Source of the DNA: a virus
IMG/VR virus record: IMGVR_UViG_3300017698_000019
Span: 1-64,000 of that record
Length of the DNA stretch: 64,000 nt
Reading direction: 5' to 3' (one strand)
Within the stretch, counting starts at the first letter, position 1, and the number at the start of each line of letters is the position of its first letter. Under the pieces are notes generated by a model. It was given only the letters and a program-made list of their open reading frames with translations. It did not search any database and was not told the origin of the DNA. This document shows positions 23,817 through 30,871 of the stretch, one piece after another. Position numbers and translations under genes: made by a program.

Positions 23817-24227
23817 ATGAAGATGGAAAAAGTAATCTCGGCATTCTTAATGCTGATCGTTTGCGCACTGTTCGTGACTGGTATCGGTGGTGTCTGGTAT
23901 GGATACAAGACAGTCCAGGTCTGGGGAGCAGAGATGTCAGGCAAGGCAGTCCTTGCTGAGGCAGAGTTCTCGCGTCAAGTGCGGGTCCAGGAAGCCCAAG
24001 CGAAACTGGATGCCAGTCAGCTTGAAGGACAGGCCGAACTGACACGAGCCGAGTTCGCCTCTCAAGCAAATGCCGCGCTGGCGCAGGGTCTCGGCGGACC
24101 GGAAGGATATCTGCGATATCTGTATATCCGGATGCTCGAAGAACAAGGCAATGCCGGACAGGTGATCTATATCCCGACCGAAGCTGGTATGCCGATCCTG
24201 GAAGCGAACCGCCTGCCTCCAGCATAA
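23817..24227 (+). CDS. membrane-anchored protein with SPFH/band-7 C-terminal-like region
   Basis: N-terminal TM VISAFLMLIVCALFVTGIGGVWY. AEAEFSRQVRVQEAQAKL...GYLRYLYIRMLEE...VIYIPTEAGMPIL resembles the HflC/stomatin C-terminal part. Confidence 0.5.
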   Translation: MKMEKVISAFLMLIVCALFVTGIGGVWYGYKTVQVWGAEMSGKAVLAEAEFSRQVRVQEAQAKLDASQLEGQAELTRAEFASQANAALAQGLGGPEGYLRYLYIRMLEEQGNAGQVIYIPTEAGMPILEANRLPPA

Positions 24228-24253
24228 ACTTGTCGGGGCGGGATAACTAGATG

Positions 24254-24282
24254 TTGTCCTGCCCCGCCTGCCGTGGTATTAT
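24254..24282 (+). promoter_or_regulatory. sigma70-like promoter overlapping a GC hairpin
   Basis: TTGTCC-17 nt-TATTAT. Hairpin CGGGGCGGGA/TCCTGCCCCG (24234-43/24257-66) overlaps the -35. Confidence 0.45.
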
Positions 24283-24311
24283 CAGAGTATAAACCAGTAA
24301 AGGCTACCGAC

Positions 24312-24641
24312 ATGGATCTCAAGAGGCTACCAACCACCCCGACTGAAACGCCGCAACTGATGGGCGCATACGACGCAGAAAAGAACCGCGTTATGTGGGC
24401 GATAGACGGTGAAGCGTTCTACCAGTCAGAGACCTTCATGGATGGAACCAATTGGTTTATCGTCTGGAGGGTCAACGACGTAATTCATTGTCAGGCGACC
24501 CAATGGTATCACGCAAGAGGCGACTTCTGCCTGCGTGTTACCGACCTGACACCCGATCAAGCCGTGGCGATGGCATCTCGTGCCGCTACTATCGCTTCGG
24601 ATTACATGAATGACGATGAGAAACTGGAGAAGACATCATGA
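24312..24641 (+). CDS. hypothetical protein
   Basis: ATG 24312 follows the AAAGGCTACCGAC leader (cassette type). The track start at GTG 24273 falls in the promoter. Confidence 0.55.
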   Translation: MDLKRLPTTPTETPQLMGAYDAEKNRVMWAIDGEAFYQSETFMDGTNWFIVWRVNDVIHCQATQWYHARGDFCLRVTDLTPDQAVAMASRAATIASDYMNDDEKLEKTS

Positions 24642-24898
24642 GCATGGAATTGAAAGACGTTCAACTGTGGGTTCGCGAAGAGGGAAACCACTCACCGCGC
24701 CGACTGATCAACACGATTACCTCGACATCAAAGTTCAAGACGATGCCGTGGTTCAATCGCTTGCAGGACTGTCAGGACGAACACCTGATCAAAGCGGCGA
24801 AGGACCAGCGCGATGGCTGGAAGTTCAACGGTCCATGGCCGAACGCTGTGTTCGAGATCGTGGCTCGCCCACACAAAACCGAGGAGTATGTCGTTTGA
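24638..24898 (+). CDS. hypothetical protein
   Basis: 86 aa. ATGA coupling. Confidence 0.55.
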   Translation: MSMELKDVQLWVREEGNHSPRRLINTITSTSKFKTMPWFNRLQDCQDEHLIKAAKDQRDGWKFNGPWPNAVFEIVARPHKTEEYVV

Positions 24899-25113
24899 GC
24901 CTGTTCCTCATTATCATTGAAACTGGTGGTCGCGGTATTTGCACTGCGATCACCGAGCGGATCAAGGGCGCTATTGCTCGCGCTGATGACACCGTGGTCC
25001 AAGACTGCGACCGTATCCTGATCAACACCCGTTTCCCACAGGAGTTCGTTACTGCGTTCTATGCAGATGGCTTCGATAACAAGATGGAGATATCACCATG
25101 CGAGGCGTCCTGA
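24895..25113 (+). CDS. hypothetical protein (TTG start)
   Basis: TTGA overlap with the upstream stop. Only the 3' third of track ORF 24610..25113 is free of overlap and looks protein-like (LSLFLIIIETGGRGICTAITERIKG...). Confidence 0.4.
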   Translation: MSLFLIIIETGGRGICTAITERIKGAIARADDTVVQDCDRILINTRFPQEFVTAFYADGFDNKMEISPCEAS

Positions 25114-25475
25114 TCAACCCGTACATTAAGACGATAGAAGAGTGTATCGTCAAGAAGAGCGATATTCAATCGGTCTACAATGCGATGTCGTGGCTTGGAC
25201 ATAGGGTCGAGATCGTACAGGTCGGCCTCGTTCTCCCTCAGGGTGACAACCTGCTGGTTGATGAAGAAGCCGCTCTCAAGCCGGGACGTCCAGTCTGGAA
25301 GCTGAATGGCGTCGCCTTTGTTGGCTGTGGCCTCTTCCTTGGGTCCGATAACGATGGTGCCAACTGGTGCAGCGCGAAGATCCCGCTCGTGGACTTGCAG
25401 GTCTATACGTCTTGGACCACGATTGTCTCAACTGGCAACATTGATCAAGAGAGGATGCCTCATGAAGTGGACTAA
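25098..25475 (+). CDS. DUF3846-domain protein
   Basis: 125 aa. Pattern: INPY..IEE..V....IQSVYNAM...VEIVQVGLVLPQGDNLLVDEEAALK...N...FVGCGLFLG. Confidence 0.5.
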   Translation: MRGVLINPYIKTIEECIVKKSDIQSVYNAMSWLGHRVEIVQVGLVLPQGDNLLVDEEAALKPGRPVWKLNGVAFVGCGLFLGSDNDGANWCSAKIPLVDLQVYTSWTTIVSTGNIDQERMPHEVD

Positions 25476-25776
25476 GTTCCCTACGATCAAGAAAGCTGCT
25501 CTCGCTATTGCTTACGACAACGGCATGATCAATAGGTTCGAACCAGAAGAGAAGTATCTGGATGCCTGCCTTTCTGTTATCGGAGCCGAGGGTGTCTACG
25601 AAGAGGACATCATAGCCTTGGAGGAATTCCTTTCTGGGCTCAGTGAAACCGATTTCAATAACGTGTGCTATGGCGACAGCGTAGATATGGAAGCTGTTGA
25701 AGCCCAAGCGCCGAAGAATAGTGATGGACATGCTCTCACTGGTATACTGGAGGACTTCTTTAATGTGGAAAGTTAA
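25462..25776 (+). CDS. hypothetical acidic protein
   Basis: ATG 25462 (MKWTKFPTIKKAALAIAYDNG...). Confidence 0.5.
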   Translation: MKWTKFPTIKKAALAIAYDNGMINRFEPEEKYLDACLSVIGAEGVYEEDIIALEEFLSGLSETDFNNVCYGDSVDMEAVEAQAPKNSDGHALTGILEDFFNVES

Positions 25777-25939
25777 ATTCGCACTGACTATATTCGCAAT
25801 CGCCTGCACCTGTGTCGTTGGACCATATTTGTTGTGGACTGACTGGCAGCGCGGTGACTGGTTCCTTATGTCCATTGATGCCGCAATCATTTGGATGTGG
25901 AGCGATTATCTGTGGCGCGTGTTCAAGGGGCAGACCTGA
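25763..25939 (+). CDS. small membrane protein
   Basis: ATG 25763. MWKVKFALTIFAIACTCVVGPYLLW...IDAAIIWMW: two hydrophobic helices. Confidence 0.45.
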   Translation: MWKVKFALTIFAIACTCVVGPYLLWTDWQRGDWFLMSIDAAIIWMWSDYLWRVFKGQT

Positions 25940-26217
25940 TGGCGCGTGACCAGACAGTAGAGCAGCGGATCGAGACAATCCTCTATGCTCATGGTATCAG
26001 CAACTCTGGCGAGATAGCTACTGGCATATGGGAGGAGATCAAGGAAGATCAGGTCGACTTCATAGCCCAAGAGGTATCGCTGCGCGAAGAGATCACCACG
26101 CTCAAGACCGTACTCGGTGAGAGCCGTGATCACCACGAATACTGTGGCTGGGGAGACTCATGGGAACGTGAGTGTGCGGAGCCGTTGCAGAAAAAGATTG
26201 ACGAGGTATTATCATGA
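25939..26217 (+). CDS. hypothetical protein
   Basis: TGATG coupling. 92 aa. Confidence 0.5.
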   Translation: MARDQTVEQRIETILYAHGISNSGEIATGIWEEIKEDQVDFIAQEVSLREEITTLKTVLGESRDHHEYCGWGDSWERECAEPLQKKIDEVLS

Positions 26218-26495
26218 CGCAATTGTATATGGGCAGAACGCATGAAGAGATTGCCGCAGCTTTGGCGCTGTGGGATCAACATAAGAAACCCAAGAGCGAG
26301 GCACTTGCTGGTCTCGGTCGGGTGTACCACGATGGAATTCTCAATCCTTACCCTGCGCTGAAAGAAGCAGTGGGATCAGGGATGGTCATGATGGCCGAGA
26401 TAACCTTGGAGAATGACACACTGCGTCGTGAACGGGAAGACCTCCGTATGTTCTGCAAGGGCATGGCCAACAATATCGAGAAGATGCTCAAATGA
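26214..26495 (+). CDS. hypothetical protein
   Basis: 93 aa. ATGA coupling. Confidence 0.55.
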   Translation: MTQLYMGRTHEEIAAALALWDQHKKPKSEALAGLGRVYHDGILNPYPALKEAVGSGMVMMAEITLENDTLRREREDLRMFCKGMANNIEKMLK

Positions 26496-26677
26496 TTACA
26501 CTGATTTCACTCATACTACACATCTTGGCGCTGTTCTCAGCTGCGGTGTTTGGCTCGCTGGTCAAGGAGGACTTCGAGAAGGAGAAATCCTCCATCCTCA
26601 TGTGGGCTGGTTGCACTGTCGGGTTCTTTATTCTGGCCACGTTACTCCAACTCTATGTGGCTTGGCCATGGAACTGA
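26492..26677 (+). CDS. small membrane protein
   Basis: 61 aa. Two TM helices (ISLILHILALFSAAVFGSLV, ILMWAGCTVGFFILATLLQLYV). Confidence 0.55.
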   Translation: MITLISLILHILALFSAAVFGSLVKEDFEKEKSSILMWAGCTVGFFILATLLQLYVAWPWN

Positions 26678-26850
26678 AAGCCAAAGAAGGTTGTTGCGAG
26701 GATGCCAGTCCTATGTCCAATGAGTTCTATATCCCATGCAACAAACCAGCCGTGATGAATGTTCAGTTTGCCAGTGGCGAGGGACCTTATCGCATGTGTG
26801 AAGTCTGTGGATGGCACGCTGTTAAGAACAGAGGAGCGAAAGAGGTATGA
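26668..26850 (+). CDS. small Cys-rich protein
   Basis: ATG 26668. MELKAKEGCCEDA...IPCNKP...RMCEVCGWH (zinc-ribbon-like). Confidence 0.45.
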   Translation: MELKAKEGCCEDASPMSNEFYIPCNKPAVMNVQFASGEGPYRMCEVCGWHAVKNRGAKEV

Positions 26851-27080
26851 CTGTCTATGATGAAAGAGGCAAGATTCCCAACTTCGTCTTCGATAAGGTC
26901 GAGATGGTGCATCAACCTACTGGTCTCAAAGTTAAACTCATATCAGGCGGTGAGGCCAGCTTGCGCCTAGCACACAACGCCCTTAAAGTGATGGTCAGGG
27001 ACCATTACAAGGGCTCTACGGACGCGCTGGATGCAGCGCCCCGCACCACTACACCACCAACGGCACCAGAGGGGTCCTAG
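26847..27080 (+). CDS. hypothetical protein whose C-terminus is encoded by a GC-rich repeat element
   Basis: 77 aa. The last ~22 aa (GSTDALDAAPRTTTPPTAPEGS) and the stop lie within repeat copy 27012..27078. Confidence 0.55.
   Translation: MTVYDERGKIPNFVFDKVEMVHQPTGLKVKLISGGEASLRLAHNALKVMVRDHYKGSTDALDAAPRTTTPPTAPEGS
27012..27078 (+). repeat. GC-rich repeat element copy (core CTCTACGGACGCGCTGG), 3' end of a CDS
   Basis: 27014..27030 is identical to the reverse complement of 5162..5178. Followed by CACCACCAACGGCACC, similar to 56866..56876. Confidence 0.7.
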
Positions 27081-27083
27081 ACT

Positions 27084-27326
27084 ATGTGTGAACACTGCGA
27101 AGTCCGCAAGCAAGTTATGAAACTGCACAGCGAACTGAACTTCCGGTTCACTCAGTTTCAAGTGGAACTGGATGCAGGACGTGAGGATGAAGCTGCTCGT
27201 TGCCAAGACCGCGCCGCTGAGATACAGAAGGAGATCTTCACATTGCTTCGGCGAGCAGCCTCGTTGGAAATGATGCATGAGGATGGACAGGATCTCGCTG
27301 CCATGTTCGGAAAGATGATCAACTAG
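27084..27326 (+). CDS. hypothetical protein
   Basis: 80 aa. Last + strand gene before the antisense pair. Confidence 0.55.
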   Translation: MCEHCEVRKQVMKLHSELNFRFTQFQVELDAGREDEAARCQDRAAEIQKEIFTLLRRAASLEMMHEDGQDLAAMFGKMIN

Positions 27327-27492
27327 AGTAAGTCATCTTCAAGAATGTCTCTTGATCCGCAGGCTCAGCCGTCTCCTTCCATGTCCTACCTCTATCATAG
27401 AATGTGAAGTGGTGAATAACGACCCGAACCTGTCGCTTCTCCTTTGAGTCCCATCGCTTCACCACTTCTTGCTCTAGAGTATAAGTCGTCAT
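27319..27492 (-). CDS. small hypothetical protein (57 aa), antisense operon
   Basis: ATGA overlap with the stop of 27489..28133 on the minus strand. MTTYTLEQEVVKRWDSKEKRQVRVVIHHFTFYDRGRTWKE... Below the track cutoff. Confidence 0.45.
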   Translation of the reverse strand: MTTYTLEQEVVKRWDSKEKRQVRVVIHHFTFYDRGRTWKETAEPADQETFLKMTYSS

Positions 27493-28133
27493 GACATGCT
27501 CCTCGGACGATCACCCCGTGATTTCGGAACCGCTCCTGTGCTCTCACTCTTCATCTCATATTTGGCCCAAAGCGCCATCCAGTCAACACGCTCGTCTAGT
27601 CCAAATACGTGGCTGTTCGTGGTCTCATCGGCGTACAGGCTCATCATATCTTGCCTATCGCACGCAGCTAAATCTTCAAAAATGTTGGCGGTCATTTCAC
27701 GGTGCTGCTCGGGTGTGTTTCTGTGGATATCAGTCCACTCATTCTCCAAGCGCCAAATCCACATGCTCAGCATCCATTCCAGACCATACTGAACCTCTCG
27801 CTGATCTTTCCAGACATAAATCATTGTGGCCTTCGGATTGTCCTTGGTCACACCTTTCAGCTTCCTTGGGTCATATGTCGTTGCTTGCAGTAGGGTCCGT
27901 CCCATCTGCCGCTTGGTGACTTCCGGATATTTCTCAAATAACCACTCATGCAGTTCGCCGATGGGGACATGGTTTATGAAGTCCGTTCGGCACCAATGGT
28001 AGAGTATCACTTGGGCTTTCATGTTCCTGTGATCATACAGTTGATATGTCGATCCAGGATTGTCGATATGGGTGCGGAAGTCAAGACCATCTGTGTTCTC
28101 TCTTACCGGAAGAAAGCGATTATATCTGTACAT
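27489..28133 (-). CDS. hypothetical protein (largest minus-strand gene)
   Basis: 214 aa. No + strand ORF of comparable quality covers it. Divergent from terS across a 320-nt repeat-rich region. Confidence 0.65.
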   Translation of the reverse strand: MYRYNRFLPVRENTDGLDFRTHIDNPGSTYQLYDHRNMKAQVILYHWCRTDFINHVPIGELHEWLFEKYPEVTKRQMGRTLLQATTYDPRKLKGVTKDNPKATMIYVWKDQREVQYGLEWMLSMWIWRLENEWTDIHRNTPEQHREMTANIFEDLAACDRQDMMSLYADETTNSHVFGLDERVDWMALWAKYEMKSESTGAVPKSRGDRPRSMS

Positions 28134-28240
28134 GATGGTTATCCTCTAGTGTATAAGGTTGAAGGATATATTATGGGTAAGATGTTGTAAAGCCTTAGTT
28201 TTCTCTTTGAGCGTAATACATTGGTACTATTTTATTTGAC

Positions 28241-28400
28241 TTGCGCGGGTTGCAGGGTAAATGCCCAAGGGAGGCGAGGTAGCTGGCTGGAGGGCTGTAG
28301 AGTAGTGAAGTATACCTCTATTTAGTATTTAATAATAATAGAAATAAGTAATAGAAACAACGGTTTAGCTGGCTGGAGGGTGACTCTACTGAAATACTAC
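28241..28400. repeat. non-coding region with two TAGCTGGCTGGAGGG repeats flanking an AT-rich core; homologous to 59046..59120
   Basis: TAGCTGGCTGG at 28280 and 28366. GTTTAGCTGGCTGG (28363-76) is identical to 59073-86. TTGCAGG and GTAGAGTA are also shared. AT-rich core AATAATAATAGAAATAAGTAATAGAAACAA. Confidence 0.7.
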
Positions 28401-28455
28401 TGACCGATCTGGAGATAATGAGGCTTGCTTTCTTTGGGCCGGATGACTACTGTTA

Positions 28456-29133
28456 ATGGAGGGATCTCAGAGATCTGCTTTCACGCGTACACGGATGAGG
28501 ACTACGATGACCGACGAAATTGACGACTATTCACAGAAGTACGATGAAGAGTTCCGTATGCGTGAGCGTCCTCGTTCTCTTATATCTCGTGGATCGAAAC
28601 CCGTAAAAGTGGATATATTTGATGATATAACTGGCGAGTGGCGAACCGAGATAAGAATGTCTCGTATAAAGTTCGACGACAAAGCCAAAGAGATCTTCTT
28701 GCGGGAATATGCCAAATGGGGAAGAATGGGAGAGGCAGCAGCCGCAGCGGGAGTTTCTCCGCAGACTGTCCGAGCGCACCTCGAAGATGATGAAGACTTT
28801 GCCGAGGCTCTGATAATGCAGGAGACTGAGTATCAAGAGAAGCTTATCGGTCACCATCAAAACCTGTTGTTTAACGGGACGACAAAGAAGAGTTACGACC
28901 GCAACGGCAACCTCGTCTCCGAAGAGACAATCTATCCTATCCGCCTCATCGAGTTGGAACTGAAGAAGCACGACGAGGGATATCGAGATAAACAGGAAGT
29001 CAAAGTCAACCACACTGGCGGCGTAATGATTGCGCCAGCCGAGACCAAAGATGTGGACGATTGGGAGAAGCGTTTTGGAGCAGCGAAGGATGTCACTCCT
29101 GGGCCTCTCACCATAGAGAACGACGAGGGCTAA
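28456..29133 (+). CDS. terminase small subunit (putative)
   Basis: 225 aa. KAKEIFLREYAKWGRMGEAAAAAGVSPQTVRAHLEDDEDFAEAL is the HTH block typical of TerS. First gene of the structural arm. Start uncertain (alternative Met codons a few codons in). Confidence 0.65.
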   Translation: MEGSQRSAFTRTRMRTTMTDEIDDYSQKYDEEFRMRERPRSLISRGSKPVKVDIFDDITGEWRTEIRMSRIKFDDKAKEIFLREYAKWGRMGEAAAAAGVSPQTVRAHLEDDEDFAEALIMQETEYQEKLIGHHQNLLFNGTTKKSYDRNGNLVSEETIYPIRLIELELKKHDEGYRDKQEVKVNHTGGVMIAPAETKDVDDWEKRFGAAKDVTPGPLTIENDEG

Positions 29134-29226
29134 TTTTCGCCGACAAGGATTGTCCGATTCGGTCTCCGGGAAGGACTCGGTTTCCAAAAATCGCCGACAT
29201 GAGTTGTCCGATTGACCGTCGATCTG
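29133..29226 (+). repeat. two TCGCCGACA-family repeats directly after terS
   Basis: ATTTTCGCCGACAAGGATTGTCCGATTCGG (29133) and AAAAATCGCCGACATGAGTTGTCCGATTGACC..CGATCTGT (29186). Confidence 0.75.
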
Positions 29227-29294
29227 TGTCTTTCCTCATCGTCCTCCATCTTCGTCTTCATCTTCTTCCGTATATCTGTAGATCTCGGAGATCG

Positions 29295-29339
29295 TGGAAA
29301 TAACCCGAGATGGAAATGATTGGAAATAACTGGAAATAA
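29295..29339 (+). repeat. four TGGAAATRA direct repeats (iteron-like)
   Basis: Copies at 29295, 29311, 29321 and 29331. The last three have a 10-nt period and lie just upstream of promoter 29365. Confidence 0.7.
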
Positions 29340-29345
29340 AGTTGT

Positions 29346-29356
29346 TTTTGCCGACA
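29346..29356 (+). repeat. TTTTGCCGACA variant repeat abutting promoter UP region
   Basis: One mismatch to the TTTCGCCGACA core. Followed by AATAGAAC-TTGTCT. Confidence 0.5.
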
Positions 29357-29364
29357 AATAGAAC

Positions 29365-29393
29365 TTGTCTTGGTCCGAGCCATATGCTACTCT
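29365..29393 (+). promoter_or_regulatory. sigma70-like promoter (phage cassette type)
   Basis: AAATAGAAC-TTGTCT-17 nt-TACTCT, then the AAAGGCTACCAACC-ATG leader. Confidence 0.5.
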
Positions 29394-29422
29394 GAGGGTA
29401 CATTATATAAAGGCTACCAACC

Positions 29423-29527
29423 ATGACCAAGAAACAACTGTCCGCATTCGTCGCGCAAGCCACTGCAGAGTTCCTCGCACGTGGAGGCCGCATCCAAGTG
29501 ATACCACAAGGCCGGAGGTCTCTGTGA
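29423..29527 (+). CDS. small ORF (34 aa)
   Basis: MTKKQLSAFVAQATAEFLARGGRIQVIPQGRRSL. Cassette leader upstream. TGATG coupling to the next ORF. Below the track cutoff. Confidence 0.45.
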   Translation: MTKKQLSAFVAQATAEFLARGGRIQVIPQGRRSL

Positions 29528-29766
29528 TGGATGTATTTGACGCGTTCTACGACGGAACCATGAACGAGGTCACAATTCAGCCGATGGGCGAAGCGTGGCC
29601 AGAGAATGAGACCCCTGACTTCTCGATCGTTGTCGAGGGTCTCTACACTACCTTCCTCACTCCAGCTGGTGAAGAGTTAAAGTTGGTGAGTGAGACGCAG
29701 ACCAAGGAGCAGGGAGTTATCCTGTTCGCCAGTCTGCTTGGATTGAGGGAGGCGGCGAGGGAGTGA
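29527..29766 (+). CDS. hypothetical protein
   Basis: ATG 29527 within track ORF 29365..29766 (MDVFDAFYDGTMNEV...). The upstream part of the track ORF covers the promoter and leader. Confidence 0.5.
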   Translation: MDVFDAFYDGTMNEVTIQPMGEAWPENETPDFSIVVEGLYTTFLTPAGEELKLVSETQTKEQGVILFASLLGLREAARE

Positions 29767-29818
29767 TCCCTCTCCACCCTCAGCAGGATCTTCGCTTTCC
29801 TCTTGGGATCATGGCTCC

Positions 29819-29861
29819 ATTTTCGCCGACACTGATAATCCCCGACGGATTTTCGCCGACA
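29819..29861 (+). repeat. two ATTTTCGCCGACA repeats (30-nt spacing)
   Basis: Identical 13-mers at 29819 and 29849, also identical to 29133. Confidence 0.75.
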
Positions 29862-29943
29862 CCATCTATCCGAAGAGGAAGAAGAGAAAGAAGGCATCTA
29901 CAGGACGAAGAAGAAGACGATCGGTCTCCAGGAAAGAAGAGGA

Positions 29944-30129
29944 TCACTCCTCTCCCTCCTTCCATCCGTGGTCCACTTCACAACTCAGGGTCCCTATGCT
30001 GTCCGGCTGATAGCTGTCCAGCAATTGCTCAATGCAATCCTCTCCGGTTAAAGCGTGGTCCAAAACGTAAACCTCTGGCACGGGCGTCTCTGCGCTCCAA
30101 AGGGTCAGTAGCAATACAAATCGCACCAT
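29944..30129 (-). CDS. small secreted/membrane protein (61 aa)
   Basis: Minus-strand ATG 30129 (MVRFVLLLTLWSAETPVPEVYVLDH...C...C...). TAATG coupling to the upstream minus ORF. Confidence 0.45.
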   Translation of the reverse strand: MVRFVLLLTLWSAETPVPEVYVLDHALTGEDCIEQLLDSYQPDSIGTLSCEVDHGWKEGEE

Positions 30130-30284
30130 TATGCCGCCTCCACAAAGCAAAGCCCAAAAGCGTTCTGGTATGCAATGCACTTGGCATAATCGCCCCGTGC
30201 AATAATCTGTTTGGTACGGCTGTCCCGCACAACGTATGCGGCAACGGTCACTAGGGCGGGTTTCTTATAAAAGCGTTTAAACAT
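30129..30284 (-). CDS. small ORF (51 aa)
   Basis: On the minus strand it is preceded by the same leader, AAGGAAGGCTACC-ATG. MFKRFYKKPALVTVAAYVVRDSRTKQIIARGDYAKCIAYQNAFGLCFVEAA. Confidence 0.45.
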   Translation of the reverse strand: MFKRFYKKPALVTVAAYVVRDSRTKQIIARGDYAKCIAYQNAFGLCFVEAA

Positions 30285-30481
30285 GGTAGCCTTCCTTTCT
30301 TGCTATGAAACCAATATAGGGGTGAATTGTGGCAAGATTAAGGCGGATTATGCACTAATACGGAAACACACTGTTTACGAGTTTTGTGCATTTTTTACTT
30401 TACATATGCCGCGCTCGGCATTAGGTTAAGGGTAGGCCAAGCAATAACGCACTGGCCACAACCAAAGTAAGGAACTACATT

Positions 30482-30871
30482 ATGGCTACCGCAACAAACA
30501 AGAAAGCCCCTACCGCAACCAAGCGCAAGGCACCAGCCGCAACCGCCGCCACAGGCAGCGGCACCGTGGCCACCACCAAGCAGGCCACAGGCAGCAAGGC
30601 AGCACAAGCAGCCGCCCCGCAAGCCCCCCTGTTTACGGTAGGCACCATGCCCCCCGTGCGCCCCGGAACGCACCGTGCTTACGCGCAGGCCGTGGCTGTG
30701 TCACTGGCCAAGGAGCACCCCAAGGGCTTTACACTGGCGCAGTTCAAGGCCGCACTGGTAGCAGGTGCAGCAGCGAGCAGCGTGGCACCGCCGCGCGGTG
30801 GATGGGCAGCGCACAATATGCCCACATGGATGGCCAATACGAACCAGTCCTGGCTCGTGGCTACCAAGTAA
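30482..30871 (+). CDS. GC-rich foreign-looking gene: Lys/Ala/Thr-rich N-terminal tail plus small C-terminal domain (possible DNA-binding protein)
   Basis: 129 aa. MATATNKKAPTATKRKAPAATAATGSG...KAAQAAAPQAP, then ...AVSLAKEHPKGFTLAQFKAALVAG... Composition is visibly much more GC-rich than the neighbours. Confidence 0.55.
   Translation: MATATNKKAPTATKRKAPAATAATGSGTVATTKQATGSKAAQAAAPQAPLFTVGTMPPVRPGTHRAYAQAVAVSLAKEHPKGFTLAQFKAALVAGAAASSVAPPRGGWAAHNMPTWMANTNQSWLVATK

Noticed and set aside
24610-25113. Full-length 167-aa track ORF.
   Set aside because: Its first ~95 codons completely overlap the better ORF 24638..24898 and are Arg/Ser-rich. Only the part from TTG 24895 onwards is retained.
29763-30254. 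163-aa + strand ORF, and 29365..29766 read from its first start codon.
   Set aside because: Both run through repeat and purine-tract DNA and across the minus-strand micro-operon that carries the conserved leader. They are low-complexity R/P/S-rich.
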